Below are positions 24,330 to 49,300 of a DNA stretch of 64,000 bases, piece after piece. Each line of letters starts with the position of its first letter. The first letter of the stretch is position 1. Source of the stretch: Hormiphora californensis (lineage: Eukaryota; Animalia; Ctenophora); contig CM035352.1 in NCBI GenBank assembly GCA_020137815.1, positions 5,208,001 through 5,272,000 on the forward strand. Reading direction: 5' to 3'. The position numbers were made by a program, and so were the translations under genes. The notes under the pieces are model-generated. The model was not told the origin of the DNA. It worked only from the letters and a program-made list of their open reading frames with translations, and made no database searches.

Positions 24330-26625
24330 GCTAACCTTGCTAATAAGTTTGCTTGAAGAGAGCTAGAGTTGATGCCAACTACGTCAAGCTCAGCTCTATC
24401 CACGTGCAGCGACGAAGCGTTGTTATCAACAGCAGCAGACCGCTCGCATGAGGAGAAGCCTTGACGTGGCGCAGCGGCTTACGGCTCCCAGTCTTGACTG
24501 GGAGTCGTCCGCTTCTCCTGGTCTGGACTGGGGGCTCAACGAATTCTCCTCAACCAAAGGGACTGCTTCTGATCTGGGATTTTCCAAGCTCCAAAACTCT
24601 GTCACGGCCCCTGGCCGGACAATTTCAGTGGAGGATGCAAGGAGTGTCAACCGACACCCTCGGACCAGGAGCGGTGGGGCTGGCGAGAGGTGCTATTTAA
24701 CCTCAGAACAACAACAACAACAACAGCAGCAGATCTGTCAGCACGTGTCTGCAATTATATAGTCATGTGATCATCTTCAAGCGGGCACACGTGTCTTCGA
24801 TCGGTTGAGTTTGAAACACTAATGGTTCATCTCCCGAGATGATCTTTGCCACCCTTACTCAACAGGGATAATAAGGAGTTAAAGAGAGAGCTTAACATCT
24901 CAGAGAAATTCTCCATAGCAACGAGTTACTTATCTTAAAACACTGATAAAGGTACCTCCCAAGAGGCTGGCTTGGTAAATATAATTGTAGGCGGCTGACG
25001 GAAAACATATATAAACATCGATTTACCGGCATGGGGGATGGGTTTTGTACGGTATATCGAGGTGCACGGTATATCGACAACCGGTATCCGTATATCGAAT
25101 TTTGACTATAATTGTAGGCAGGTGAGTTGTGGTTCTGATCTTTTGCCATGTAGTACTGAAAACAGTATGGGTAATGCAGGACTGAACAGATGACCCTCTA
25201 GTCTCTTGCATGATGATGATCATGACTTTCTTTCATGTGAAATAGTAGCATTGATCATGATGGCATTTGGAGAAATACTATAATACTCTTCTCCCTGCAG
25301 GTGTTCTCCAGTAGACAGAGTGTTGAGGGTGGAGGCAGTGAGAACTGAGAAATGGGCAATTTGATGATGGACAGGTAGTTACCATGACAATCAACAGCTT
25401 GGATGCTCAACCAATTTGAATTGAGGTACGATAATATATTTATTCTGCTCATTCTGCTCTGTGTGTATGTGTGAGACTGGTGTAACAGTGAACTTGAGTT
25501 GACAGCTAGGTTTTTAACCCTCAACCCACCCCTCCCAGTGTCACTACTCAATGACAATAGATAAAGATTAGATGGGAGTCTCCGAAGAGGTTGGATGAAT
25601 TGATGATAGAGAGCAAGTTGGTAAGAACTACCAGTATTAAACTGTTTAGTAAACGGGATGAGGACATTTTTTAAATGATTTTATTATTTAATGAAAGAAT
25701 GTCGATTGTCGGAATTAAAGGACTTCATCATCATGAAGAACTAAACAGGATAAAACACATTGACATAGAGTTAGACTGAGAAGAAATGATGGGATTGAGA
25801 AAGAGCGAACTACTAGACTTTCCATTTTCTCACGATATCAACGCTTCCTGATAAGTGATAAAATGATCTCACAGTCACTAATATTCTCAGTTCTGTGATA
25901 TAATTATTTTCAATTTGTTAGATTCTTTCTTTTTATTTGAACTTTGTTCTATTCGGTTTTCAAGGATGTGGGAATGAAACATGAGTTGTGTGACTCACAT
26001 CTGTGCAGTGAAGTGTGAGGGTTCAGACTTTGGTAGATCTAAATGGGAGGCGCGATGATGAAATTCCGTAAGATGGAAGGCGCAACGCTTTGTCAAATAT
26101 CCTGCAATGAAGCGGCGCGCATGAACTTACGCGCGGCGTAGGCTTTTCATCAACCGATTGATATTTTTATCAGCGCGAGCGAGTTTGACTTTTTTTACTT
26201 TTTTTTTCTTCGCCAAAATGGGACCAATCCGCAAATTGGCGTACTCAGTGCTCTGCATGCTCTGCAGACTGGCCCTCGACGCACAAAGACACCTTAGGCG
26301 GTGGACCAGATGCCCATATCCGTCCCTGCTCTGTCAACAGTGAAAAGTCCCCTAGTGCACAAGTTTTTATGGCCACTGACCGTCCCCTTTTTTTCAACAC
26401 AGATCATAGCTCTACCCCTGATAAGATAGGGACCCTAAGATAGACCTCCACACGAATTGTCACTTTGTGACCCTCTCCCTTGTCCTGAGCTGTCCGCTGT
26501 TGTTATGCATTGAAAGGCCGCACTGCCGTGTGAACCGCAGCTCATTCTTTTCCACATGTTTGGCTGGGCAGCGTTGGAAACCACACTGTTTTTGGTACAC
26601 TGACCAGTGACCATGCGGTGACATG

Positions 26626-26858
26626 TCGCATTGTTTTGAAATTTGAATGTACCACGCTAGTCACTAGTGTCCCTGAGCTAGGGGACTGGCCCCTTATTAA
26701 GTCGTGGCACTGTAGTTTAGCGGAGTCAAGAAACTTGTCACCGTGACAAGTTTCTTGACTCCGCTAAACTACAGTGCCACGACTTAATAAGGGGCCAGTC
26801 CCCTAGCTCAGGGACACTAGTGACTAGCGTGGTACATTCAAATTTCAAAACAATGCGA
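26626..26858. repeat. Perfect 233-bp palindrome (1-nt spacer) immediately upstream of CLP1
   Basis: 116-bp arms are exact reverse complements around position 26742. Confidence 0.95.
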
Positions 26859-26934
26859 ATCATCCGGGATGACTCGTCCCCCTGTATTTACACACATTTT
26901 TGCACATCCCCTACTAACTACTTGTTTGCAGGCC

Positions 26935-28216
26935 ATGCCTTACTACGACAGGAAAGATGACGACAAATGGATGACTCGAGTGATAACCAGCGAGAATGAG
27001 CTGCGTTTTGAGGTTGATACGGAGGAGGTCTCCCTGACATTGGTAGAAGGCCAGGCAGAGATATTCGGTACCGAGATACCCATTAACAAAATGTACACTT
27101 TTGTTCCAGGGCTCAGCGTGGCAGTGTTTTCCTGGCGGGGCTGTCGGCTAAAGATTTCCTCGCACTGTAAAACTGATTATGTCAGTAAACAGACGCCCAT
27201 GGTGGTGTACCTCCAGACCCATGGGGCCCTTCAACAGATGAGGAGTAACGCCGAGAGAGATGGGAAGGACGGACCTAGGAATTTTAGTAGTTGGGCCCCA
27301 GGATGTGGGGAAATCAACTCTCTGTAGACTGCTGTGTAACTACGCAGTGAGAATGAAACAACAGCCGGTGTATGTTGATCTAGATGTGGGTCAGGGTTCT
27401 ATTGGGGTGCCTGGGTCTGTTGGTGCACTGGTTTTAGAGAGACAGGCGGATGTGGAGGAAGGGTTCACTGAGCAACTCCCGATTATATATCACTTTGGTT
27501 ATAATGTACCCGATGCCAACTGGGATCTGTACAACGAGCTATCTAAACGGATAGCTGAGGACATTGACAAGAAGTTCGAATTTAGTGCCAAGGCCCGGTA
27601 CAGTGGTTTTGTGGTTAACACGTGTGGGTACGTGACAGGAGATGGGTACAGGTTTATCAAAGAAGCGGTGGATATTTTCAAGATTAACTGCATCTTGGTT
27701 ATCGATCATGAGAAGCTTTTCAACGATCTCCAGAGGGATATCCCAGAGTCTAAAGCCACGTCCATCCTACTACCTAAGAGTGGTGGTGTGGTAAAACGGA
27801 ACATGCCCTGTCGGAAACGAACCAGGGAAAATAGAATCCGGCAATATTTCTATGGCCTCCGACGGCCTCTAAACCCCTATGTTTTCAACCTCGGGTTTGA
27901 TGAGATCGAGATATACAAGATTGGGGGACAGGACGTGAATGCTGCTCTGCTGCCCATTAATAAAATCAGCGACCTAAAAAACAAGCTACACAGTGTCAGG
28001 GTAGAGATTGATAACGAGATTCTCCACTCAGTCCTGAGTCTAGTGTATGGTAAACCACCCGATCTGCTGTGTTCCACAGTGGCAGGATTTATTGTTGTCA
28101 AGGATGTTGATATGGAGAAGAGAGAGATAACGGTGCTCGCCCCCATTCCCCATCCCCTACCTCATAGGGTTGCACTTCTCGCTGACACCAAGTATAATGA
28201 TGATGGGGCGTCTTGA
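26935..28216 (+). CDS. CLP1: Polyribonucleotide 5'-hydroxyl kinase Clp1 (single apparent +1 indel near 27280)
   Basis: ENELRFEV...GQAEIFGTE...VAVFSWRGC, then P-loop VVGPQDVGKSTLCRLLCNYAVR, DLDVGQG, NTCG, LPKSGGVV. Intronless CDS; preceded by TACTAAC branch point and TGCAG acceptor. Confidence 0.93.
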
Positions 28217-28971
28217 AATGTGTAGTACTTATCTGGACTTGAGTGTTATCGAGAGTCGAGGGACAATACCTGGAACATTGGGTAACAAGGTTGTGGTTTT
28301 ATACCTGTTTTTGAAATGACAATAATATGTTGATGACACAGCCCCGTGCAGAGGGTTTTATTTGAGAGAAGATGAGAAATATTCAACTGAGCTGGTGTTT
28401 AATTATCCCAGATTTTCCACACCTGTAAAGACTAAATATCTGAGTGGGAGGGATAATATAATATGCAGTGTGTGTGTGTGAAAGAGGCCTATATATTGGT
28501 GACAGATACAACAATTATACCTTTAACTTTCGACCCCTCATCCACTCTCATCATTACTCCATTTCTTTGAGACTTCTCATCTCTTTAAATTTCTTTATCA
28601 GGGCCTTACATTGTCTATTCTTTATTGTCTTGTTACTGTGTATCTTCATCATTACCCCCTCCCTCCTTTTTACTCCCGCGACAGACAGACCATGTTATTT
28701 TTCTACCCCATTTGGTGTTAACTATCCTCCCCCTGTCCTCCTCAATTTGTCGAATCGAGAAGATCCTAAGAAGAGCAGCTCCTAGTCTGAATCGTATCAT
28801 TGTGCTTCCAAGAAAATGTTTTGTAATTTTATTGGTTTCAATTCTAACTGTCTGTGTTATACTAACACCTTCCTCTCTTTGTTACTCCCTCAGCCCCAAA
28901 TCATATTCCCCCGCTCCCTATATCCCTTCAATATTCATCATATTATACCCCTCTCTCTCTCTCTGTTAGCG

Positions 28972-31234
<2,263 letters not shown>

Positions 31235-31372
31235 AAGACTCTGAGACAGAGAGTGAACTACAAGGGACAGTGTAATTTTCGTAGCAAGGCTGATATAGCA
31301 CATGTCAGCCTTGCGAAGAGATTTATTTTAGCTGAAAAGTTTCACAATTTCTTGCGCCAGGAGGGCTGTGTA

Positions 31373-31524
31373 TAGTCCATTTTTTTTCAACTGTTCACCC
31401 CCCAAAGTCGTGCGCGGAATTGTTTTGCGCGTTTATCACATGTTAACGTGTAGCACGCGCAGCGTAAATTAAAATATCGCATGCGCACGAGTTGAGGGGT
31501 GAACAGTTGAATAAAAATGGACTT
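31373..31524. mobile_element. Small MITE
   Basis: TIR AGTCCATTTTT..TTCAACTGTTCACCCC / GGGGTGAACAGTTGAATAAAAATGGACT. Confidence 0.6.
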
Positions 31525-32557
31525 TATTGAAGATGTAGGAGAGAGAGGGGGAAACTGAAATGAGGAAGGCCAAGGAGTCCTATTTATGAGATGAGAGAAA
31601 GATATGAAAGAGAGGGAAAGAGAGAAAGAGATGCGTAAATACTAAATATGTGTTACACGCGAGAGAGAGAGGGGGTGTGAAATTTCATTGCTGACTGTTT
31701 GCTTGTTCCGGCTGAGGGAACTGTGCAGGGGGAGAGTTAGCAAGTTGTTTCTTGTCAATAAAGATTGTTTGTGTGTTCAATATATTCCTTAGTGAATACA
31801 CGAGAGTCGTTACCTTTGTTAATTAGTTGCACACTCAGTCACCAATACAAGAGAGAGAAGGGGGTTGATAAAGTAAGAATGAAAGGAAAATAAGAGAAAT
31901 TAAAAGAGAAGGTGGGGGTAAAACTAGTGCGTGTAAATCAGTGAGCGAGAGAGAGGGGGAGAAACATATAACCATGTATGGTGAGTCTGTTCTACAAATT
32001 ACCGAGCGTGGTACATAACACTGTACGCGCGCGGCCGACACACCATTCCGGAGAAGAGTGTCAGCATTGGTAAAGTAAACCTGCGCACGGTTCCATAATA
32101 TCGGATAGTGCGCGCGCATGTGTTGAAACAGCCTCCATGGTGGTCACGCGGTTGCAGTGGGTGATTGATGCCGATGGTTCATATTTATTCTTTCATAACC
32201 TCTGTCACATGTCAAACATGACCTTACCTCAATGTGTATTTTGATTTAGATATAATGAAATGATACGTGAGTCACGATCAATTGTTACAACAGGTCACGT
32301 GAGAAAGGATCCAGGATTTAAAAAGTGAAAAGTTTTTAAAAAAATAATTGACACTGAAAATAAGGGAGGGGGTTTTTTCCCAAAATTTTGAGCGAGATAT
32401 TTTTTTTTTTTCCCCCCCCCAAAAATTTTTCTCCCCTTTTTTTTTTTTTTCCCCTCCTTCTTTTTTTTCCCCCCCTTTTTTTTTTCCCTTTCTTTTTTTG
32501 CCCCCTCTCTTTTTTTCTTTCTCCTATCTCTCTTCCCCCTCTCTCCCCTCTCTCCCC

Positions 32558-32588
<31 letters not shown>

Positions 32589-32847
32589 TTCTCTCCTCCT
32601 TTTCTTTTCCCCTCTCTTTCTCTCTATTTTCCCCATTTTTCTTCTCTCTAGAGGTCAATTTGTAGTTTTTCAGAATTTGGTCTACGCCCCACTGACTCAC
32701 AAAAAAAGAAAAAAAATAGGAATGTTTCAAATTTGGGGTTTTAAAATTAAAAAAACGTCTTCCAAGAATCCAAAATCACAATTCTAAATGTCCTAAGTTT
32801 CCTATATGGTTCCTTCACTTTGGGACAAAAAAACCCCTCGCCAACTT

Positions 32848-42984
<10,137 letters not shown>

Positions 42985-45216
42985 CTGATCCCGTCATGTC
43001 AATGTATCAAGTAGCAACTGTACAACTATTGGTGTAGTAAAGTAGTAAACTAGTAGTAAACTAGTTTTTTAGTGTCAAGTAGTAAAACAAGGTGTGACAG
43101 CTCAACTAGTAGTAGTATAAAGAACAGCTAGTATAAAGAAAGGAAGAAGGGAAGTAAACCTACAGTAGAATTCAACTCGAAGTGTCAAACCACCAACGAG
43201 ATCTTTACACGCCAGAAAACTTCGAAAACGCGGAGGGAGGAATTGGCGGCAAGATGGAGAATGTCCCCATTGGACATGGTTGTTTTGTTGGACATGGTTG
43301 TTAATGTTTTGTTCAAACGGAGCTCGCGAAAAGAGGGTAGAGCTAGGCAAGATGGACACGGATATTGTTGGCAAAATCCTCCAAGGCAGGAAATTAGATT
43401 TAGAAAAAACACCGGTTATATGGTTCTGGGACAATTGTCACCCATTAATATTAGGACACCCACTAAGCAGTCTCGAAGGAAGAAAGAGCTTGAACTCTTT
43501 AATCATCACAGTGGTTATTTTACAATCATACCAAGAACAGTAATGTGAATGAACTATAAGAACAGTAATGTGAAGAAAGGGAACTATAAGAACAGTAATG
43601 TGAATGAAATATAAGAACATTCCACAATGTGGTTCTCGTGAAGAGCGATATATCATGACCTGTAGTTATACAAGCTCAATGTGTGTGTGTACAATTTGTA
43701 CATTTCGATGGAGCGCTTCTTCCGGCAATTCGTGCATGCAGCTTACACTAGATGATGTTTTCTATCGCTCTCTCGCTTTCTCTCTCTCTCTCTTTCCCTC
43801 CCTCCCTATCTCAGTTCTCTCTTCTCTCTCTCCCTCTCCAGCTCTGAAGCGGAATCAGAACAAGCACTACCTCCAGCCACTGCAGAGTGTGTGTGGGTAT
43901 AATAAGTAGTGCAGGCACTACTATAAAGCAAGTTACACACTACAAACACTACAGACAGTTGGCCGGGATATTAATTAGCTTGCAGGCTTGTTGTTAGTTT
44001 TAGTCGACACTTTGTTTACTTTCGTCTTCGACGTTAATTAAAGTAAACAACTTTTATCGATAAAAGTAACAACTGACATACAGATCAATATCCCGTGCTC
44101 CAACCCTCCCAACCCGGCCCTATAAAATTCCTAAATAGGTTCTAAAACCTACATTGAACGTGGAAAAAGATAACAAATAAAAGGAATATCTTCACCCAAT
44201 CCCCAAATATCTCCCCAAAAACATACTCGGTGGGAGATGTAGGAGAAACACCAGCCCGGCTACTGGTCCGAGTCACGTCCCTGGTAACGTCCCCTCCTTC
44301 AGAGACAGGGTTCTCAAACATTACACCTTCCTTCCTGGAGAAGAGAGATAGATATTAGAGATAGAGCGAGAGAGATAGATATTAGAGATAGAGCGAGAGA
44401 GATAGTTATTAGAGATAGAGCGAGAGAGATAGTTATTTCACAATTACATTAAGTTCATTCACAATGAAGTATACAACTTTTACATCTGGGTAAAATTTCA
44501 AAACCAATTCACAAGATTATACTCACATTTTTCCCTCCGTGTTTTGTCTCTTCTCCCTTCGTCATATTCAACTGTAGGGAAGAAGCAATATATTGTTAGA
44601 TCTTGTTGAGTAAGGGGTGGGAGTTTTAATTTCTCAAAAATTAGGAGCACCGACCCTGATAAAAAATCAACCCCATCGATTGGTTCTGCCGCTTTGTCAG
44701 ATACTAGCTCTGACTCCTCCATGCGGCAAGACAGGAAAACACGGAGATATTTCACCAATATTTGGCAACTTGCTCCCCCTCGGAGGGACCCTGTTACCGG
44801 ATACAAGGAATCTCGAAAAGGCAGCATCGCACTGATATCAAAAGGGAGGGTATAGGTCTAGGAGAACAATACATGTGCAAAATACACCTCTCCCAGCTAC
44901 ACTGGGAGAGGAAATGGTAAAGTAAACAAAAGTTGGAACATCACGTCGTAATGTCGTATACTAGTGGTTGCAGAAATGCTATCTCTCTCTCCCATAATAG
45001 TTATACACATATTTCTCCGGACTACATTTCCTCTATTCTCGTCACACAATTTTCTACAGTACGGTACTGTAGCTCCACACCTCAACACAGAGCTAGAGCG
45101 ATTGAGCTGCATTCAAGAATCGTACGAGAGAATCGGAGAAGCACGCAGGGTTTTAAAACAGGGAAATGTTATTATAAGCGGGTCCTACAATATGCGTAGG
45201 AGCCCCCTTCTATTTC

Positions 45217-45292
<76 letters not shown>

Positions 45293-46385
45293 TTGTTTCC
45301 GTTCTCTCTCTCTCTCTCTCTTATTTTCTTTTTTTCCATTTTCGACAATTTCTCACTATGCCTTGGCTTGAAACCAAAACAAATAAACTGAGAGCGAAAG
45401 GAACGGTACGACAGGAGCTATAGAGAGAGACCTCTGCGGTCATGCTACAAGATATACAAGTTCTGATAATTTATCATCTTCTTGCAGTTCCAAGATGATT
45501 ATAAAGTGAAGATTTGAGATTGAATATGTAATTTGGACCCATATAGCGAGGCTGTCACAGGACGGAGTAGGACGTTTAGATGACTCCCACGTGCAGGATA
45601 GGAGGCTCTGACTCAGAGTAAATCCTAGCTCTTTCATCTCAGAGTCTGAGAATCAGGATGCAACTGATAAAGAATATAGAAATGTGAGATGGAAGAGGGA
45701 GGATTTAGGAAACCATAGGATTCACACACGTACTATAAAAGTATGCATACACGGTATCCTGTTCAATCGGCCTTGAATTGTATAAAATTGCAGTGCAACG
45801 GAGAGCAATACCTATCTGACTGGCGGCGTGCAAGCCGGACCCGATCTAAATGCAGTTCGAGAATTAAAAAGGTGTGTAGTGGCGCCAGACAGGCGGTAAT
45901 CGCGCCAGACAGGCGGTAATCGTAGGGAAAATTATTTATAAATCCACCAATGTCAGTGAAAACCGACTCGACATACATACCTCTATAATACGGTGATGAC
46001 CAGAAGTTGTGGTTCAGTCAATTTCTTGTAACGCCGTGGAGAAGTTCTTCTATCAAGAAGGGATCCTCTCTTGAACAGATATGAAGGAGAGAGGAACATC
46101 CGGTCGCAAGCACAACGGTACAATTTGCACGTGCAGCTATCACCGATTGTCCCATTCTATTTCTTTATCTTGGTGACACCCGGAATATATGCTGTTATAA
46201 CACTGCATGCTACAGAGGTGAGGGGTTTGGTTGAGTAAACAAATTCAAGAATAATAATCTTTACGAGTGGGCTGATTAATAAAATTTATAAATTCCATTC
46301 AAAACGTGTTTCTTTCCTCTTGGTCAATCGTCATTACATACAAACACACACAAACTATAACAGCTTGTGAGGCATATATTACTTT

Positions 46386-49300
46386 CTATCTATAACTGTA
46401 AGTCCGGAATGGTTGGGGTCTACTGAATGCGTGCTCTGGAAATGAAATGTTTCGCTTGTAAATGTGAGTTTTGTCATTCATTTTCGTCCTAATCAGTTCA
46501 TTTCTCCACCGGTAATCAGCTGCTCCGCCATTACTCCCTTTGTTGGTGAAGGTTGGCGGTGCCCGTAGTACCGGGCTCCTAGCTGGCATGTTAGGCCACT
46601 GGTTTGGAGGTGTTTTCTGACTGATGGAGTATGCCGATGGACCCCTGTGTATATTGACTATGTTGGTTGATATCCTGCTATTTGCAGTACGACCCGATAC
46701 CGTTGAATGTGTTGATGAAGGAGTAGTGTTGCTATTAGTAACCGAATACCGAGTTTTCAGGATGGATGTATGTCTCCAATTAACCTTCCCATCTCTCTCA
46801 GGTTCCTTCTTCTGCACCAGTTTCTGCTTCATAGGTTCTGGTGTGACACCTGATCTACACGACACCACGCTCATCTTTCTACTCCCCGAGAACCCTGAAT
46901 CGTTAGTCGTCTCCCTGCTCACACACTCCGGTGCTGGCAAGGGACCTGATCTGAAGGCCTCCTTGGTTAGGACCTCTGGAGTTATGTTTTCTGTATCAGC
47001 TCGAGACTTGCTGGCCGAGTGTCGCCGGGCCGCTTTTTGGTCTTCCCCGCTGCTCGTTGTTCGCATGGCAATGGTGGCAGTTTTGGGGCGACGCCGCAGT
47101 ACTTTGGACCGTTTTGGAGAGGATACTGATGACTTCTTGGGAGGGGTAGAGCTTGTAGTTGCAGTTGTGGAAATAGAGGTTTTGGAAGCTTTGTCTTGGT
47201 CCGCTAGGTAACTGAAAAGGGTATAATGGTCATTAGGGTCAGTGGAGCCACTTTGTAGTTACCCAAAGACAAAGGGAGGAAACTAAATCGTCCTAATTAC
47301 ATAGTGATGTTTTAAAATGTCGCCCGGAGCATACTTTACCGTATTGTTTTGTTCAAACACGGGGAAATGCAAATGGGGTGGGGCAAGACAATTCCCGTAC
47401 TGAGGTCAATTTGAATATATAAATATAGCTCTTAAGTTAAGGGGTTACTCCACAAGCTCTTAAAAGCTTGTTAAGTAAGAGCTCTTACCGGTCGAATTTG
47501 CGGCAGAGATAGTGGTAGGTAGCGGTGTTGGAAGTGGTATTGTGGGTCAGGATATCCAGGGATAGAGAGTGGACATTGGCGTTGTGAAACTCAGACATAT
47601 ATCCCAGAACCTGAAAGGAATTTCTATTAATTCGGTCCTACTTTCCATTTGGTAGGAAATACTGGTCCCTGATTGGCTGATAACCAGTCACGTGACGTAA
47701 ATAACGAGTTATGATTGGTTGTTTACTTGTTTCGGTCCTACTTTCCATTTGTGGGACTATATTTCTAAACTTCTCTGTACTTGTTATGTGGGATTTGATC
47801 AATTTGAACACGACACTAAACACATTGACCCTATTTAAGGCTCCTCAACAAGGTCTCTCTCTGTACCTCTTGGTTCAGCTCGTCGGAAGTGGTCATGTTG
47901 GGAGACTCCACCAGGTTAACATTTCCTCCCATCCACTCATGGGCCACACAATCCCGGAGTGAGATCCGATCTTTTGGGTCAGGTTGCAGTAGTCGCTGTA
48001 ATACATCACGGGCTTCTGAAACAGGGAAATTTATGTGGTTAAAGTGTGTGATTTAGGCCGTATCTCAATCTGGAGACTGTGAAATTATCAATGCATGGAC
48101 AATGATTTGAGAGTTGAGACAATAAATTGGGGCCGTGTATCGACAGAATTAATTGCTGACAAAATCAATTTACTAATCACTTTACTGAGTTTAGTGTACC
48201 TGGACTAGTTCCATGTGGTAACGTCTCCATATCTCCTGTTATCATCTTTTGATACAGCTTCTTGAGGTTGAAGGGCCGCACTTTGAAGGGTAACTTACCC
48301 ACCAGCATAGCAAACATATTGATACCTCTGAAAATGTGATTGGTGGTGAGATACAGGGAGGGGGATACAGTAATTGTTGTACTTGTTCTTTTTGCAATTC
48401 TCATCGCACCCTGAACCCTCTAATAGTTCAAAACTGCATTCAGGGCTCTCAAATACTAAATCATTGAAGTTCGCCACTTTCACATCAAGGTACTTATACA
48501 TTGCCTAATTTTGCAAGTAAAACCAAATTTTCGAAAGTACTCACATTGCCCAGATGTCGACACGGAAATCATATCCCTTGTTTGCAAGTAGCTCGGGTGC
48601 GGCGTATGCAGGACTTCCACACTGTGTCCCCATACCACCCCTTGATTTCAATGCATTCAGTGTGTTGCTGAGACCGAAATCTATTATTTTCAGATCTCCC
48701 TGTCGGTCCAGCATTATATTCTCTACCTTGAGATCCCTGTGAACCACACCGGCACTGTGCAGGTGCCATACCGCACTAACCAGCTGCCTCACAAACCTAC
48801 AGGGGGAACAGTAAAGGAAAATTGGGGGTCTTTATGGGAACATTTTGTTCAATAGAGTCGCGTGATCAAGTCACGTAATCGTAGTGCTGTCTATAGTAAA
48901 ATATGTAACGCAAAACAGTAAATTTTACCATTGATTCAAACGGGAATGAAACAAAATAGGCAGGTTCCGTCCCAAAATATATGACTGTAACAACTATACC
49001 TCTTTGTTTGAGTCTCGGAGAGTCGCTCATTTTTTGAGATATGATCCTTCATCTCCCCTCCCCTGATCAACTCCAGGATCAGATAAAATGCAATCTCAGT
49101 TTCCAAACTTTCGTACAAGCGAACCTGAGTGGGATGACATATTGTACGTGTGCACTGTGTAAGATATAACTATTTAGCGCTGCTCTGAACATTTGTATGA
49201 GCTGCCAGTGGCAGTATGTGCTGGTTTGAAACGCCCGGTGACCAGTCTTTCTATAAATAATTCGTTCTCAGACGTTCTCAGACGTTCTCAGACGTGATCT

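Noticed and set aside
24426-24762. Overlapping short ORFs in a GC-richer patch
   Set aside because: No recognisable domain, splice structure or start context.
25200-25800. Decayed CRE-like non-LTR fragment (GGLRV, SNWLS motifs)
   Set aside because: Too degenerate to support without a homology search.
27270-27290. Programmed frameshift or pseudogenisation of CLP1
   Set aside because: A single extra base in a short homopolymer of a conserved gene is most simply an assembly indel.
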